From Candidatus Obscuribacteraceae bacterium (GTDB taxonomy: Bacteria > Cyanobacteriota > Vampirovibrionia > Obscuribacterales > Obscuribacteraceae): DNA of 64,000 nucleotides. The stretch spans positions 1-64,000 of the forward strand of contig JBGASG010000005.1 in assembly GCA_044229845.1 (NCBI GenBank), written 5' to 3'. The notes under the pieces were generated by a model. The model did not search any database, was not told the origin of the DNA, and saw nothing but the letters and a program-made list of their open reading frames with translations. Both the position numbers and the translations under genes were made by a program. This document shows, piece after piece, positions 29,405-39,262 of the stretch. Position 1 is the first letter of the stretch; the number at the start of each line of letters is the position of its first letter.

Positions 29405-32400
29405 TTAGGAGTCGGCTTCGACCACTACGCCTGCCTCGCCGGCGCTCTGGAGATAGGCAAGCCAGAAGAGAGGCGCCAGTATCACACCAGTTAGCAGGCA
29501 CGTGTCAAACATCAAGAGCGGCAAGCCGTGATTGAATAGAACGAACACCGGCGGGCACAGGTTTATCCAGAGTATAGCCAGCGCACCGGTAAGAAGGTTT
29601 TTCCGCGAGACTAAGAATATCGTCGCGCCCATGCCGAAGAAAACCATTCCATTGGCGACAGCGAGCACGTTGTCAGTCACGTAGTGTTGGTCGGTCAGCA
29701 ATATGGCGCACACCAATAACGCCACCAAGCAGGTGAGCCACCAGTTTCCTTTCAAGAAACGATGCGCCAGCGCCGCCACCACAACTAGTGCCAGCACGAT
29801 GAGAGAGCCTTGCCGGACTGCCGAGCACAAGACATTGAACCATGGCAAATAGGCGTTGGCCTCAGTGACTGTCGACAACAATGTTGTGCCGGGCCCGAGA
29901 TGACCAATGATCGACTGAGCCTTTTGTATCAGTGCCCACAACGACGTCCAGGCAAGCGGAATCGCAGCCGCCATTATTACCGAATCGATCCAGATTTTCA
30001 GTTGTACCGGGCGCTCTTGCTTCGACAGCGGGGTCAGTGTCAAGTCAACCAATGATTGCAAATACGAGGGCTTGTAATACTTACTGAATATGGCGAGAAC
30101 AAGCATGGAGCCCAGCGCGAACAGCACACCGTCGCTGAGTGCGATACAGGCTCGCGACACGCATTGTTCAAGTACGAAATTGGCAACCGGACTGCTGCCG
30201 TCATAGCTCATGAAAAATCTGGTGGCAGTGTTGATTTCCTTCGCCAGGTACACAAGAACAGCCGCCAGTCCAATATATAGGGGCACTTTCCAGCGAACAT
30301 AGCCTTCTCGCATCAAGCCGATCCATAACCACACTACCAGTGTCCCCAGCGGAATCCATGCCAACAAGCGCACAACCGACATGATCGACTCTAGCCCGCT
30401 TTCCCGCTTGCGTGCTTCCAGCCAGCTGTCCGGGACAACCCATTCGGTGCTCACCTTCCTGACCGATTCACTGGATACAATTACATTGGCGCGTAAGTTG
30501 GCATCGCCAACCTTGCCTCGAGGCACGTCGAACGTTATGTTGTACCAGGAGTAGCTCGGTCTTGCATCGCTGGACGAACTGACAAAAGTAACAGGCAGCA
30601 AACGCTTACAGTGCTCATTGAGAAACGTCTCGGCGATAGTTCGTGCCCGTGGTTCTTTGACAAACACATCGTCGCTTCCAGGAGGGTTGCCGGCGTCTTG
30701 AGCGTAGATGGCACCATCTTTATCCATTTCGTCTTCATAGCATTGCCCGGTAGCTGACCACCAGATCGTATCCCAACCGAGTTCTGTGCATAGCGAGTCG
30801 ACCAGTTGCACCGTCCTCTCGTAACCCAGCTTTTCTCTCAGGTAGATGAGTGCGTTATCAGTACCAGGCATGTACATGTCCAGCGTTTCCAGCCTCGTGG
30901 TGGGCTGGTACCCGAATAAAGTGGCGCCCCTTTCCATCTGGTACCGGCGAGACCTCTCAATCGCCTCCCCTCTGCTCGTAGCGAAATGCTTGATGCTACT
31001 GCCGATCGAAGGCACCGACAGCAAAGCGATTGCCGCGCACGACGCAGGTATTAGAAGAAACAGCGCCGCTTTCAACTTCGTGGACAGCAGTTGCGGATGA
31101 AACGAAGCCGGACGCCCCAAGGTGGTGCGAGCTTCTAGATCAGGCAATACAAACTCCTGAGTGTCCGCTCTCCCGACAGGGTCCTCGGAGAATCCTTTTT
31201 TAGCGGAAACGATCAAACAAATTATCAGTATTGCCAGTGGAATCGCAGTCGGAAGGACGGCTGTCCATGCCACCGCCGGAGGTGCCGACTGAAAGTATTC
31301 CGTTGTCCAGTTGGCATCGAAGAGATAGTGAGACACGAGGCAGGGAATCAGCCCAAATCGCTTCAGCAGCCAGCCGTTAAACATGCCAAACACGGTCAGT
31401 TCAATGCCCCGAGTATAAGCCGGCTGTTGTGGATATGAACTGTGCGCGAAAGCCCAGGCAGCCGCCTGCAAAAAGTTTGCCCACCAGAAATGCCCGCGGC
31501 AGAGTTTCTCAAATAGTCTCAATGCGACTACTCGATACAAACCCTCTTCCATCAACGCCGCAAGCACTCCGATACTCAAGGCATCGACGACAGGAACAAC
31601 ACTGCTCAGGGCCTGAAAGTCTGCCGGCGACATCGGGCACCAATAGCCAATCTGTCTGCCCAACAAGTAAAAGCCGATTTGATAACCCTTGGCCAAGTAG
31701 GCAACTGCAATACCAAGAATGATACCGACGACCAATTCCTTCTTGCGTAGAGCTTCGAAGCTGAACCATCTTTTTATGGACATGTACTGAGGGCACAGCT
31801 CGCGATACAAAGGCTGCGCTGCCGCGTACAAAACTGCAACTGCGAGCGCCATAACGATGCCGCCCATAACGAACACAGCGGACTTCATGAGTAAGAACGC
31901 TTTATAGCTATGGGAAGGGTCGTAGTTTTCGCTCCACCATGGCAACTTGTTGAACTCGGGCGCCACTACCGCAATTCCGCAAAGAATGCCAAACGCGCTG
32001 CACAATTTGAAATTGAACGAGTGTCTGGGAGCGGCCCGGATGGCGACTACCAGGGCGCACACGCCCAGCACCACCATGACGAAAGTGGCAGCCGTCGTGT
32101 ACAGGGAGTTATAACTGCGCATCTCCCTGTACTCAGCATTCCAAGGCCGTGGCGCAATAGCGGAATAGCGAAACGCCGTCACAACGTTGCCGCTGACGGT
32201 GACATCCACTTCGCAATACCCGTTGTCCGGCTGTTTCCAGGAAAATTGGTGGTCTATGCGATTTACTTGTACCTTGTCTTCAGCTGAGATAACCTTCCAT
32301 CCCTCGATTGAGACGGGCAGTTCCTTTGCCACAAACGATCGAGCCAGCGCTTCCGCCGCCGGTCGATCGAGTGAAGGCAATTTCTTGTCATTGCTAAGGG

Positions 32401-32773
32401 TGACTTCCAGCTCCTGGAGTTGTCCCGAGGGCGAAAATCCAATTACGGCTGACTCGGGATCGCTTTCCTTTTTGAAGGAGCAGTGCCAGATCCAAATGGG
32501 CAGTTTGGGTAAGTCGTCAGTTAAGTGGTGGAGTTCGAAGTATGCACTGGTGACAGCGTCTTCTTGCAGCTTCACCGAACTGAGCATGCCCTCGCGATAA
32601 AAGCCGAACTGCTGCAACTTGGCTTTGGCCCTGGCGAGGATCTCGTGTTTGGGTACGGAGAAGTTGATCGATGCGGCGGGAAAAGCTTCCCTCTTCAGGC
32701 GAAATCCGAAGATGCCACCCACGATGCCGAGGATGACAACGATAATGAAGGCGCGCGATGTGTTTATCTTCAC
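29405..32773 (-). CDS. Large CPBP (CAAX/Abi) intramembrane metalloprotease with duplicated extracytoplasmic modules
   Basis: MEEGLYR, WAFAHSSY and VSHYLFD motifs; many TMs. Confidence 0.85.
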   Translation of the reverse strand: MKINTSRAFIIVVILGIVGGIFGFRLKREAFPAASINFSVPKHEILARAKAKLQQFGFYREGMLSSVKLQEDAVTSAYFELHHLTDDLPKLPIWIWHCSFKKESDPESAVIGFSPSGQLQELEVTLSNDKKLPSLDRPAAEALARSFVAKELPVSIEGWKVISAEDKVQVNRIDHQFSWKQPDNGYCEVDVTVSGNVVTAFRYSAIAPRPWNAEYREMRSYNSLYTTAATFVMVVLGVCALVVAIRAAPRHSFNFKLCSAFGILCGIAVVAPEFNKLPWWSENYDPSHSYKAFLLMKSAVFVMGGIVMALAVAVLYAAAQPLYRELCPQYMSIKRWFSFEALRKKELVVGIILGIAVAYLAKGYQIGFYLLGRQIGYWCPMSPADFQALSSVVPVVDALSIGVLAALMEEGLYRVVALRLFEKLCRGHFWWANFLQAAAWAFAHSSYPQQPAYTRGIELTVFGMFNGWLLKRFGLIPCLVSHYLFDANWTTEYFQSAPPAVAWTAVLPTAIPLAILIICLIVSAKKGFSEDPVGRADTQEFVLPDLEARTTLGRPASFHPQLLSTKLKAALFLLIPASCAAIALLSVPSIGSSIKHFATSRGEAIERSRRYQMERGATLFGYQPTTRLETLDMYMPGTDNALIYLREKLGYERTVQLVDSLCTELGWDTIWWSATGQCYEDEMDKDGAIYAQDAGNPPGSDDVFVKEPRARTIAETFLNEHCKRLLPVTFVSSSSDARPSYSWYNITFDVPRGKVGDANLRANVIVSSESVRKVSTEWVVPDSWLEARKRESGLESIMSVVRLLAWIPLGTLVVWLWIGLMREGYVRWKVPLYIGLAAVLVYLAKEINTATRFFMSYDGSSPVANFVLEQCVSRACIALSDGVLFALGSMLVLAIFSKYYKPSYLQSLVDLTLTPLSKQERPVQLKIWIDSVIMAAAIPLAWTSLWALIQKAQSIIGHLGPGTTLLSTVTEANAYLPWFNVLCSAVRQGSLIVLALVVVAALAHRFLKGNWWLTCLVALLVCAILLTDQHYVTDNVLAVANGMVFFGMGATIFLVSRKNLLTGALAILWINLCPPVFVLFNHGLPLLMFDTCLLTGVILAPLFWLAYLQSAGEAGVVVEADS

Positions 32774-32907
32774 GTAGTTGGACTGGTTTCCACCCGGATT
32801 CTACAACCAGTGTCGCGTCATCAGTACTTGATAATCTCAGTCTTTAGGTCAATCAGGTCAGCCCAGACGCGATTCGCGATTACAAGGAGTCCGGCGGGGC
32901 TTGCGAA

Positions 32908-33396
32908 TCAATGGAACATTCCGTACCACGGATGATTTGCCTCTGGCAGATACGGCCAATCGCTCTTCCTATCCAGACTTTTCCTGGAAGCCTCTGCTTG
33001 ATCTGGCGTGAGAAAAATTCCGAACAGGTCATTGCCGCCGTTGATTGCATAGAATCGATAGTCCGAATTTATTTCAGCCAGCTGGCTGTTGATGATGGAA
33101 AAGAGCGCGCATGTCCCTCTTCCCCAGCTTTGCCCTTCAGAGTCTTCAAGTTCAGGACCATAAACAGGATACTCCTGCCCGTTGCAACGTACCGAATATG
33201 ATCCTTCGTCGTTATCGGCCACTTCCTCGATGGCGGCTGGTTGCAAACCGTACTCTTGCAGCGTTGGAGTGAGTAAGTTATAGGCCTCGCCAATTCCCTC
33301 CTCCGCCAGATTTTCGGCATCGAGAATAATCGCTTTATCGTAATCAAGTTCAAAATCAGCCAAGGATTCAGATCCTCCCGCTAGCAATAAAGGCAA
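32908..33396 (-). CDS. Hypothetical acidic protein
   Basis: LDAENLAEEGI, YAINGGNDLFGIFLT and DWPYLP conserved-looking motifs; start uncertain. Confidence 0.65.
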   Translation of the reverse strand: MPLLLAGGSESLADFELDYDKAIILDAENLAEEGIGEAYNLLTPTLQEYGLQPAAIEEVADNDEGSYSVRCNGQEYPVYGPELEDSEGQSWGRGTCALFSIINSQLAEINSDYRFYAINGGNDLFGIFLTPDQAEASRKSLDRKSDWPYLPEANHPWYGMFH

Positions 33397-33925
33397 CTTT
33401 CAAATGGCGTTATCTCTTCGGTTCTTCGTCGGACATGCAATCCTTCCGAGCAGCGAGCTGCGACTGGTGTGGGCGGATGTCTTTAGCTTGACGATCATTG
33501 GCTTTTTGATCAACGGTCAATAATAACAAGACGACCGTTCAAGTTCCAGTGTGGACAACGGACCGGAGGAGCACGTACCAGCGATTTGCGGCGGCCGCTT
33601 CTTTTAATTGATTGACGTAGTACCGGAACGACGGATCGTCCAACACCTCCACACCCATCTCGTCGTCTGCCATCTCAGCGAACAGGTCGACTATCCAGTG
33701 TTGGTCGATCGCATCACCGTCCGGATGTGGTATCGCAGGATCGACATCAAATTGCCATTGAGAAACGAACTTGGTGTTTGGAACAACAGCGCCATCGGGT
33801 TGCTTCTTGATCTTTTCGTGTTGATCAGCAGGTTGTCCTTGCTCGTGATTAACCAGATTGCAAGCACTTCTTGCCGAACGTTGCTATAAGAAAGCATCAA
33901 CACGTCTTGCAGGAATCAGCCACTA

Positions 33926-35614
33926 ATGTACGCGCCAGTTAAACCAAACCATTCTCTCTTTGAAAAACACAAACAGATGATCGAACAGGCAATAGATGCT
34001 GTTCACGAGCGCGCCTACTGGTCACCGTTTCCGGAGATGCCTTCGCCTGACGCATACGGCGCCACTGCCGAAGCCGATCAGAAGCAAAGATATGAGAGGC
34101 AGCTCGGACATAAATTCGAGCGACTGACGCAATCGCATGATGGTTGGCTGCAGAGCGACGAGCAAAGTCCTTACACTCAGCAAGACTTGGGCATCTCGTA
34201 TCCGGTTTTGAATAACGCCAAGGACTACATCAAAGCATCAGACGCAGCGCTTGTCGAGTGGCGCAAAACCGACGTAGAGACCCGCGCCGGTGTGCTGGCA
34301 GAAGCGCTCGACCGGATGAAAAACAGTTTTTATGAAATCGCCGTGAGCACCATGCACACCACGGGGCAGTCGTATCTCATGAGCTTTCAGGCGAGCGGAC
34401 CACATGCTGCGGACCGCGCGCTCGAAGCTCTAGCACTGGGCTGCCATGAAATCAAGCGGTTTCCCCGCAATGTCGTCTGGGAGAAACCTGCGGGAAAAGG
34501 CAATCTGAAACTTGAAAAGCACTACACCGTTGTGCCGCGAGGACTGAGCCTCGCTATCGGCTGCGCGACATTTCCTATTTGGAATACGTTGCCCGGCGTG
34601 TTTGCCAGCTTGATCACTGCAAACACGGTAATCGTAAAACCACACCCGAACGGAATTTATCCGATTGCTATTGTGGTGGCATTGATTCAACAGGTACTCG
34701 CGGAGAGCGGCTTTAGCCCTGACGTTTGCATGCTGGCCTCCGACAACGCCAATAAGCTGATTACAAAAGAACTCGCGGAAGACCCATCCGTGAAAATCAT
34801 TGATTTCACGGGCAGCAGCGCGTTCGGCAACTACATCGAGGGTCTTCCGGGAAAAATCACGTTCACTGAGAAGTCGGGCGTCAACAGTGTTGTGATCGAC
34901 AGCGTTGCCGACCTTGGTGCTGTGGCGCAAAATCTTGCGTTTAGCCTGAACCTATACAGTGGGCAAATGTGCACCGCGCCGCAAAACCTTTTCATTCCAA
35001 AGGACGGTATCAAAAGTGGTGGCAGCAACGTTAGCTTTGAAGAAGTCGAGAAAGCTATTGTGGATGCCGTCACGGGTCTGGCGAATCACCCCAAGGCAGG
35101 TCCGGCGGTGCTTGGCGCTATTCAGAGCAAAGCCACGGCACAACGGGTTACGGAAGCGACCAAGCTCGGCGGCAAGGTTTTGCTGGAAGGTAAACCGATT
35201 CCAAATGCTGAATTCCCCAATGCCCGCACGTCGAGTCCGATTATTATCGAAATTCCCTCGAGTGCGACCGGGATTTTTGAACGTGAAATGTTCGGGCCGA
35301 TTGCATTCATCATTCCGACAAGTTCTACTGAGGAAAGCCTTCAGCTTGCGGCTGAAAGTGCGAAAAAACATGGTGCCATCAGCTGCGGTGCCTACACTCA
35401 GGACGAGGCGACGATGCAACGAATTGCTGATGCCATGGCCGAGGTGGGCACGAGTGTTGCCTTCAACCTTACCGGTAACATCTATGTCAACCAGAATGCC
35501 AGCTTCTCAGACTTCCACGTTACCGGCGGCAACCCCGCCGGCAACGCAAGTTTGACCGATCCAGAATTCGTGCTCAAGCGCTTCGTACGCGTGCAAAGCA
35601 AGGTCGCCCGCTAG
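33926..35614 (+). CDS. paaN: Phenylacetic acid degradation protein PaaN (aldehyde dehydrogenase family)
   Basis: QASGPHAADRALEA, IDFTGS, EKSGVNSVVIDS, LYSGQMCTAPQN and VNQNASFSDFHVTGGNPAGNA motifs. Confidence 0.9.
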   Translation: MYAPVKPNHSLFEKHKQMIEQAIDAVHERAYWSPFPEMPSPDAYGATAEADQKQRYERQLGHKFERLTQSHDGWLQSDEQSPYTQQDLGISYPVLNNAKDYIKASDAALVEWRKTDVETRAGVLAEALDRMKNSFYEIAVSTMHTTGQSYLMSFQASGPHAADRALEALALGCHEIKRFPRNVVWEKPAGKGNLKLEKHYTVVPRGLSLAIGCATFPIWNTLPGVFASLITANTVIVKPHPNGIYPIAIVVALIQQVLAESGFSPDVCMLASDNANKLITKELAEDPSVKIIDFTGSSAFGNYIEGLPGKITFTEKSGVNSVVIDSVADLGAVAQNLAFSLNLYSGQMCTAPQNLFIPKDGIKSGGSNVSFEEVEKAIVDAVTGLANHPKAGPAVLGAIQSKATAQRVTEATKLGGKVLLEGKPIPNAEFPNARTSSPIIIEIPSSATGIFEREMFGPIAFIIPTSSTEESLQLAAESAKKHGAISCGAYTQDEATMQRIADAMAEVGTSVAFNLTGNIYVNQNASFSDFHVTGGNPAGNASLTDPEFVLKRFVRVQSKVAR

Positions 35615-35621
35615 AGTTTTG

Positions 35622-36518
35622 CTAGTATCGGTTGCCTTCCTTAGTGAGTCCGCCGCCTTTGAATTGAATCATGTGATCGTAGACGGAAGCTGTCCAGTCC
35701 TCTCCGGGCGTCATCTCGACCAGGCGAATGACATTCTGCCCGATGTCGTACCATTTTCCGCTAGTAACCTTACCGAAGTTATTCATTTGCCATGTGCCGT
35801 CGGCCATAACGTTGATCGTTTCCGCTGACTCCGGCTTGCCCCAGGTATAAGTCTGGTTGCCGTTGTAATCGGGACCTCCGGACTTGGTCCAGACGCCGCC
35901 AGTTTTAGTGTACCAGCGTCCTACGCAAGACTCGTCGCCAGGCTTCGAACCGACGAAGAATGGTTTCAACCCAGGTGGTGTAATCGCTTTGTCTCCAAGC
36001 ATCGGGTTGGGGTTCATCTTGCCATATCTGAAGTTGCCTGGTTGGGGTATGCGCCCCCAGTCATCTCGCCCGTGCGCAGCTCCAGCTGGCACCGGCGCTT
36101 TTGCTACGGGCGCTGCCCCACCACGGGCGCCGCCAGCGGGCACCACAGAGGGTGCTGCTTGTTCATGCGGCAGAGCCTGATCGGGCGCGCCTTGATCGGG
36201 CGCAGCGACCTTCGCTTGGTTCGCGCCGGGAGCACCCATTGTCCCTCCGTGCTCAGCATCGAACTCCCAGGCGTCGCAGTTTTTCGTTTCTTCGTGACCG
36301 TCTACCTTCACTTCCCAGCGGCTGGCATACTCGTAGTTAGAACCGCGGTCTTTGATGATGGTACCGGAGACGGTGCCACCGCCAAAGCGTCTCGTGCGGT
36401 CCACGAAGGTAACCCGCATTCCGACTTCAGGTTTTGCATTACCGTTGAAGGTGGCGGATACCGCTACATCGGACGAGAACAGGCAAAGCAAGGTAGCAAA
36501 CACGATTTCGCGCAGCAT
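35622..36518 (-). CDS. Secreted protein with SH3-like N-terminal domain and Pro/Ala linker
   Basis: Signal peptide, VGMRV...GTII....WEVKVDG; RBS GGAG; ATG 36518. Confidence 0.7.
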   Translation of the reverse strand: MLREIVFATLLCLFSSDVAVSATFNGNAKPEVGMRVTFVDRTRRFGGGTVSGTIIKDRGSNYEYASRWEVKVDGHEETKNCDAWEFDAEHGGTMGAPGANQAKVAAPDQGAPDQALPHEQAAPSVVPAGGARGGAAPVAKAPVPAGAAHGRDDWGRIPQPGNFRYGKMNPNPMLGDKAITPPGLKPFFVGSKPGDESCVGRWYTKTGGVWTKSGGPDYNGNQTYTWGKPESAETINVMADGTWQMNNFGKVTSGKWYDIGQNVIRLVEMTPGEDWTASVYDHMIQFKGGGLTKEGNRY

Positions 36519-36788
36519 AGCAGGACTCCATATAGTTAGCGCGAAGATCCTACCATTCCGGATTCGCGAGTCCAAGAAGACGAACGTCGTATCAGCCGAT
36601 ATCCGTGTGGATCAAATTTCAGAAGATGACGAAACCGTGCAATCCAGGTTGCGGCTATTCTTCCGCCGGTGTCCATAATTAATCTCGAATGAAGAAGGAT
36701 GGACTTGTTGTCATTGGACGGGCATAAAATCTGCTGAGGATCTTTTGGAGTAAAGAACTACGAAGCTCTCTTTGAGAAACTGAACCAA

Positions 36789-37115
36789 TTGCGACTGCGC
36801 GAACTGCGCGTGGAGAAACTGGAATCCACCGGCACCGCAGCCAGTGGCACCTACCTGCTCATGAGTGGCGCCAACGATTTCGACACTGATCGCCCTGTCA
36901 GAATTCGGTTTGACGGCGTCGGATACATGAATCTCCCGACGCGCTTCGGGTTCGATGAGATGAAACTCGCCCATCCATCGGATGCGCGCCCAATCGAGAC
37001 TTCTTTAAGTTACACCCTCAATCCACCAATTTGGGTGGTATGCATCGAACAGTCGCGCGACGGCGGCCCGCCCGCAAAGTATTTCGTTGCTAACGCTTCC
37101 ACTCGCGCGCTCTAA
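36789..37115 (+). CDS. Hypothetical protein (possibly C-terminally truncated at the island edge)
   Basis: Globular 108 aa; 3' end overlaps the convergent ORF. Confidence 0.5.
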   Translation: MRLRELRVEKLESTGTAASGTYLLMSGANDFDTDRPVRIRFDGVGYMNLPTRFGFDEMKLAHPSDARPIETSLSYTLNPPIWVVCIEQSRDGGPPAKYFVANASTRAL

Positions 37116-37797
37116 GTTGCGACGAGCGCATTGCCGCCTCTAGTTCCTGGTCGACTGCCTGGAGGTCCGGGTCGGACTGCTGCGGTCTGATGTCCCCAGT
37201 CGCGGACTGGTTATGAGTGATGAGCGAATCCTGCGCTTGTGCTTGCAGTAACTGTTGTTGGAGCGCTTGTTGCTCTGGCTGCCCAGGCAGCAAACCGAAT
37301 CCAGACGGCAATACGACTGGTGTCGGCGGTGGTGGCGGTACCATGAAGCTTGTTTCTGATTTTACAGTTTTTGCTGCGGCGGCTTTTGGCGTTGCGGTCT
37401 GGTTAGAGCCCGGCTTCGTGATTTCGCGCTTTCCAGTTTCATCCTTGTCTGAAGCGACGGTTCGATGTGCACCACCTGTGGAGCCATGATCCTGGACGGC
37501 TGAACCGTCAGCGACCTTCAAGCTTGCTGGCTGTTTCGAGATTGTCGCAGTTTGAGCGACAAAGCTGGGCATCCACGTGGGATTGCAAAAGATGCACAGC
37601 GCTGTCACAGAAACTGCCGCGGCGGCCAGCAGCCAGTACTTAGTCTTATTGCTACGACGCTTGATGACACGTTTCGCCAGGGTTAGTTGCACGCAGTTCG
37701 ATTCGCCGGTATCGACGGCTGAATGCTCTTGCCCCGTTTCTGCAGTGCATGTGCAATGCATCGATAACTCATCTTTTCTCATAGCGTTCATCGCCAA
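37090..37797 (-). CDS. Hypothetical single-TM protein with proline-rich tail
   Basis: One TM, VPPPPPTP motif; follows tolC in the operon. Confidence 0.55.
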   Translation of the reverse strand: MAMNAMRKDELSMHCTCTAETGQEHSAVDTGESNCVQLTLAKRVIKRRSNKTKYWLLAAAAVSVTALCIFCNPTWMPSFVAQTATISKQPASLKVADGSAVQDHGSTGGAHRTVASDKDETGKREITKPGSNQTATPKAAAAKTVKSETSFMVPPPPPTPVVLPSGFGLLPGQPEQQALQQQLLQAQAQDSLITHNQSATGDIRPQQSDPDLQAVDQELEAAMRSSQLRAREWKR

Positions 37798-39260
37798 CCG
37801 CCCCCTAGTGCTCGATAGAGATCAACTCTGGACCCGACCAAATTCATTTTCACTTCAACCAATTCTCTTTCCGCATTCAGTTTCTCTTCCTGAGTGAGGA
37901 GTACTTCCACGTAAGTCGCCTTGGCGTACTTAAACAGTTGGTTTGCCGTGACGATAGATTCGTCCAGCAATACGACTTCTCCTTTTTTCTTATCAAATGC
38001 CTGCTGCATATTTCTGATATTCGACACCTCATTAAGAACGTCCGTGTAGGCTTGCAATAAAGTCTGCTCGTAAGTCAAAACCGTTTGGGTTTGGTAGTTA
38101 TCGGCAGTTTTTATTCGTGCAATGATCGCTCGTCGGTTGATCAATGGCATCGTTATGTCACCAATTGCATCGTAGAACAACGACTGTGGTGTTTGAAACA
38201 GCAGTGCCGGGCTAAACCCAGAAAAGCCAGCACCCGCCTTGATCGTCACACTGGGGTAGAGCTGTGCCTTGACACTTTTTAGATCGAGCTTTGCTGCCTT
38301 AATCGCTGCTTCGGCCCGACGAATGTCGGCTCTGTTTTCCAAAAGCTGAGCAGGCACACCCGTCTGCAACTCATCCACAGTCATCGCCATAAACTGCTCA
38401 GAGTGTCTCAATATTGGCGCTGAATCATAGATACCGGTGAGGACCCTCAGACGATTCTCTTTTTCAACAATCCTTTGGCGGGTTTCAAATCGCTGGCTTT
38501 TAGTCTTTAACATCTGGGCTTCAAACCGGTTAACGGCTAACTGGTTTGCTTTGCCATAGCGCTTCAAGAGCTGCATTTTAAGGAAAGCCGCTTCCTGGAT
38601 GGTGATGTTTTCATCCAGTATCTTCAGAGACGTATCCAGAGCCATCAATTCATAGTAGTTGCGTGCTATCTCAGTAACGAGCCTGGAAATTAGATAATTT
38701 CGAACCTCGTATTGAGCTACCATACGCATTCTGGCTGCCTCTTTGGCATTTCTGAATCGTTTCCAGACATCCACTTCCCAGCTCAGGGAAGGGCCCAGAT
38801 TCAAGTTGAAATTTGGATATCTATAAAACTCCCTCTGGGTAATTTCGTCCAACACGCCTTCCTGGGTGTTTTCGGATGGCCTGATGTAGCTTCCGCCAGC
38901 CCCCAAGCCGACTTTAGGCAAGTACTCAGCCTGTTTCTCTTTCACTTCATTGGCAGCAATTTGAATTTCCTGCATCGCAATATTGAATTCCTGGTTATTT
39001 GCCAGGGCTGTTTCAATCAAGTGAACAAGATAAGGATCAGAAAAAAACTTCCGCCAGCTGATGGAAGCCGCACTATGAGCAGAGTCTACGTCCGATAGCT
39101 GCGGAGTGTTGTATTTCTTGGGCACGTTGAATGACTGCTTTTTTTGCAGCAGTTCAAGCGGATGAAACCACGATGTTTTTGCAAAAACAGGCGCGTGAAG
39201 GACTCCCATAAAAGCTATGAGTGTCAAAAGACTAGCGATTTGTTTTCGGTTTCCGCTCAT
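37788..39260 (-). CDS. TolC/NodT-family outer membrane efflux protein
   Basis: W.KFF.DP.L..LI..AL.NN, SWEVDVW, GVPAQLLENRADIR.AE and LYRALGGGW motifs. Confidence 0.93.
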   Translation of the reverse strand: MSGNRKQIASLLTLIAFMGVLHAPVFAKTSWFHPLELLQKKQSFNVPKKYNTPQLSDVDSAHSAASISWRKFFSDPYLVHLIETALANNQEFNIAMQEIQIAANEVKEKQAEYLPKVGLGAGGSYIRPSENTQEGVLDEITQREFYRYPNFNLNLGPSLSWEVDVWKRFRNAKEAARMRMVAQYEVRNYLISRLVTEIARNYYELMALDTSLKILDENITIQEAAFLKMQLLKRYGKANQLAVNRFEAQMLKTKSQRFETRQRIVEKENRLRVLTGIYDSAPILRHSEQFMAMTVDELQTGVPAQLLENRADIRRAEAAIKAAKLDLKSVKAQLYPSVTIKAGAGFSGFSPALLFQTPQSLFYDAIGDITMPLINRRAIIARIKTADNYQTQTVLTYEQTLLQAYTDVLNEVSNIRNMQQAFDKKKGEVVLLDESIVTANQLFKYAKATYVEVLLTQEEKLNAERELVEVKMNLVGSRVDLYRALGGGWR

Positions 39261-39262
39261 GG

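Noticed and set aside
33413..33541. Selenocysteine readthrough of the TGA at 33539-33541 (open frame and hairpin follow)
   Set aside because: No redox-motif context and the hairpin does not resemble a bacterial SECIS; more likely a terminator or chance.
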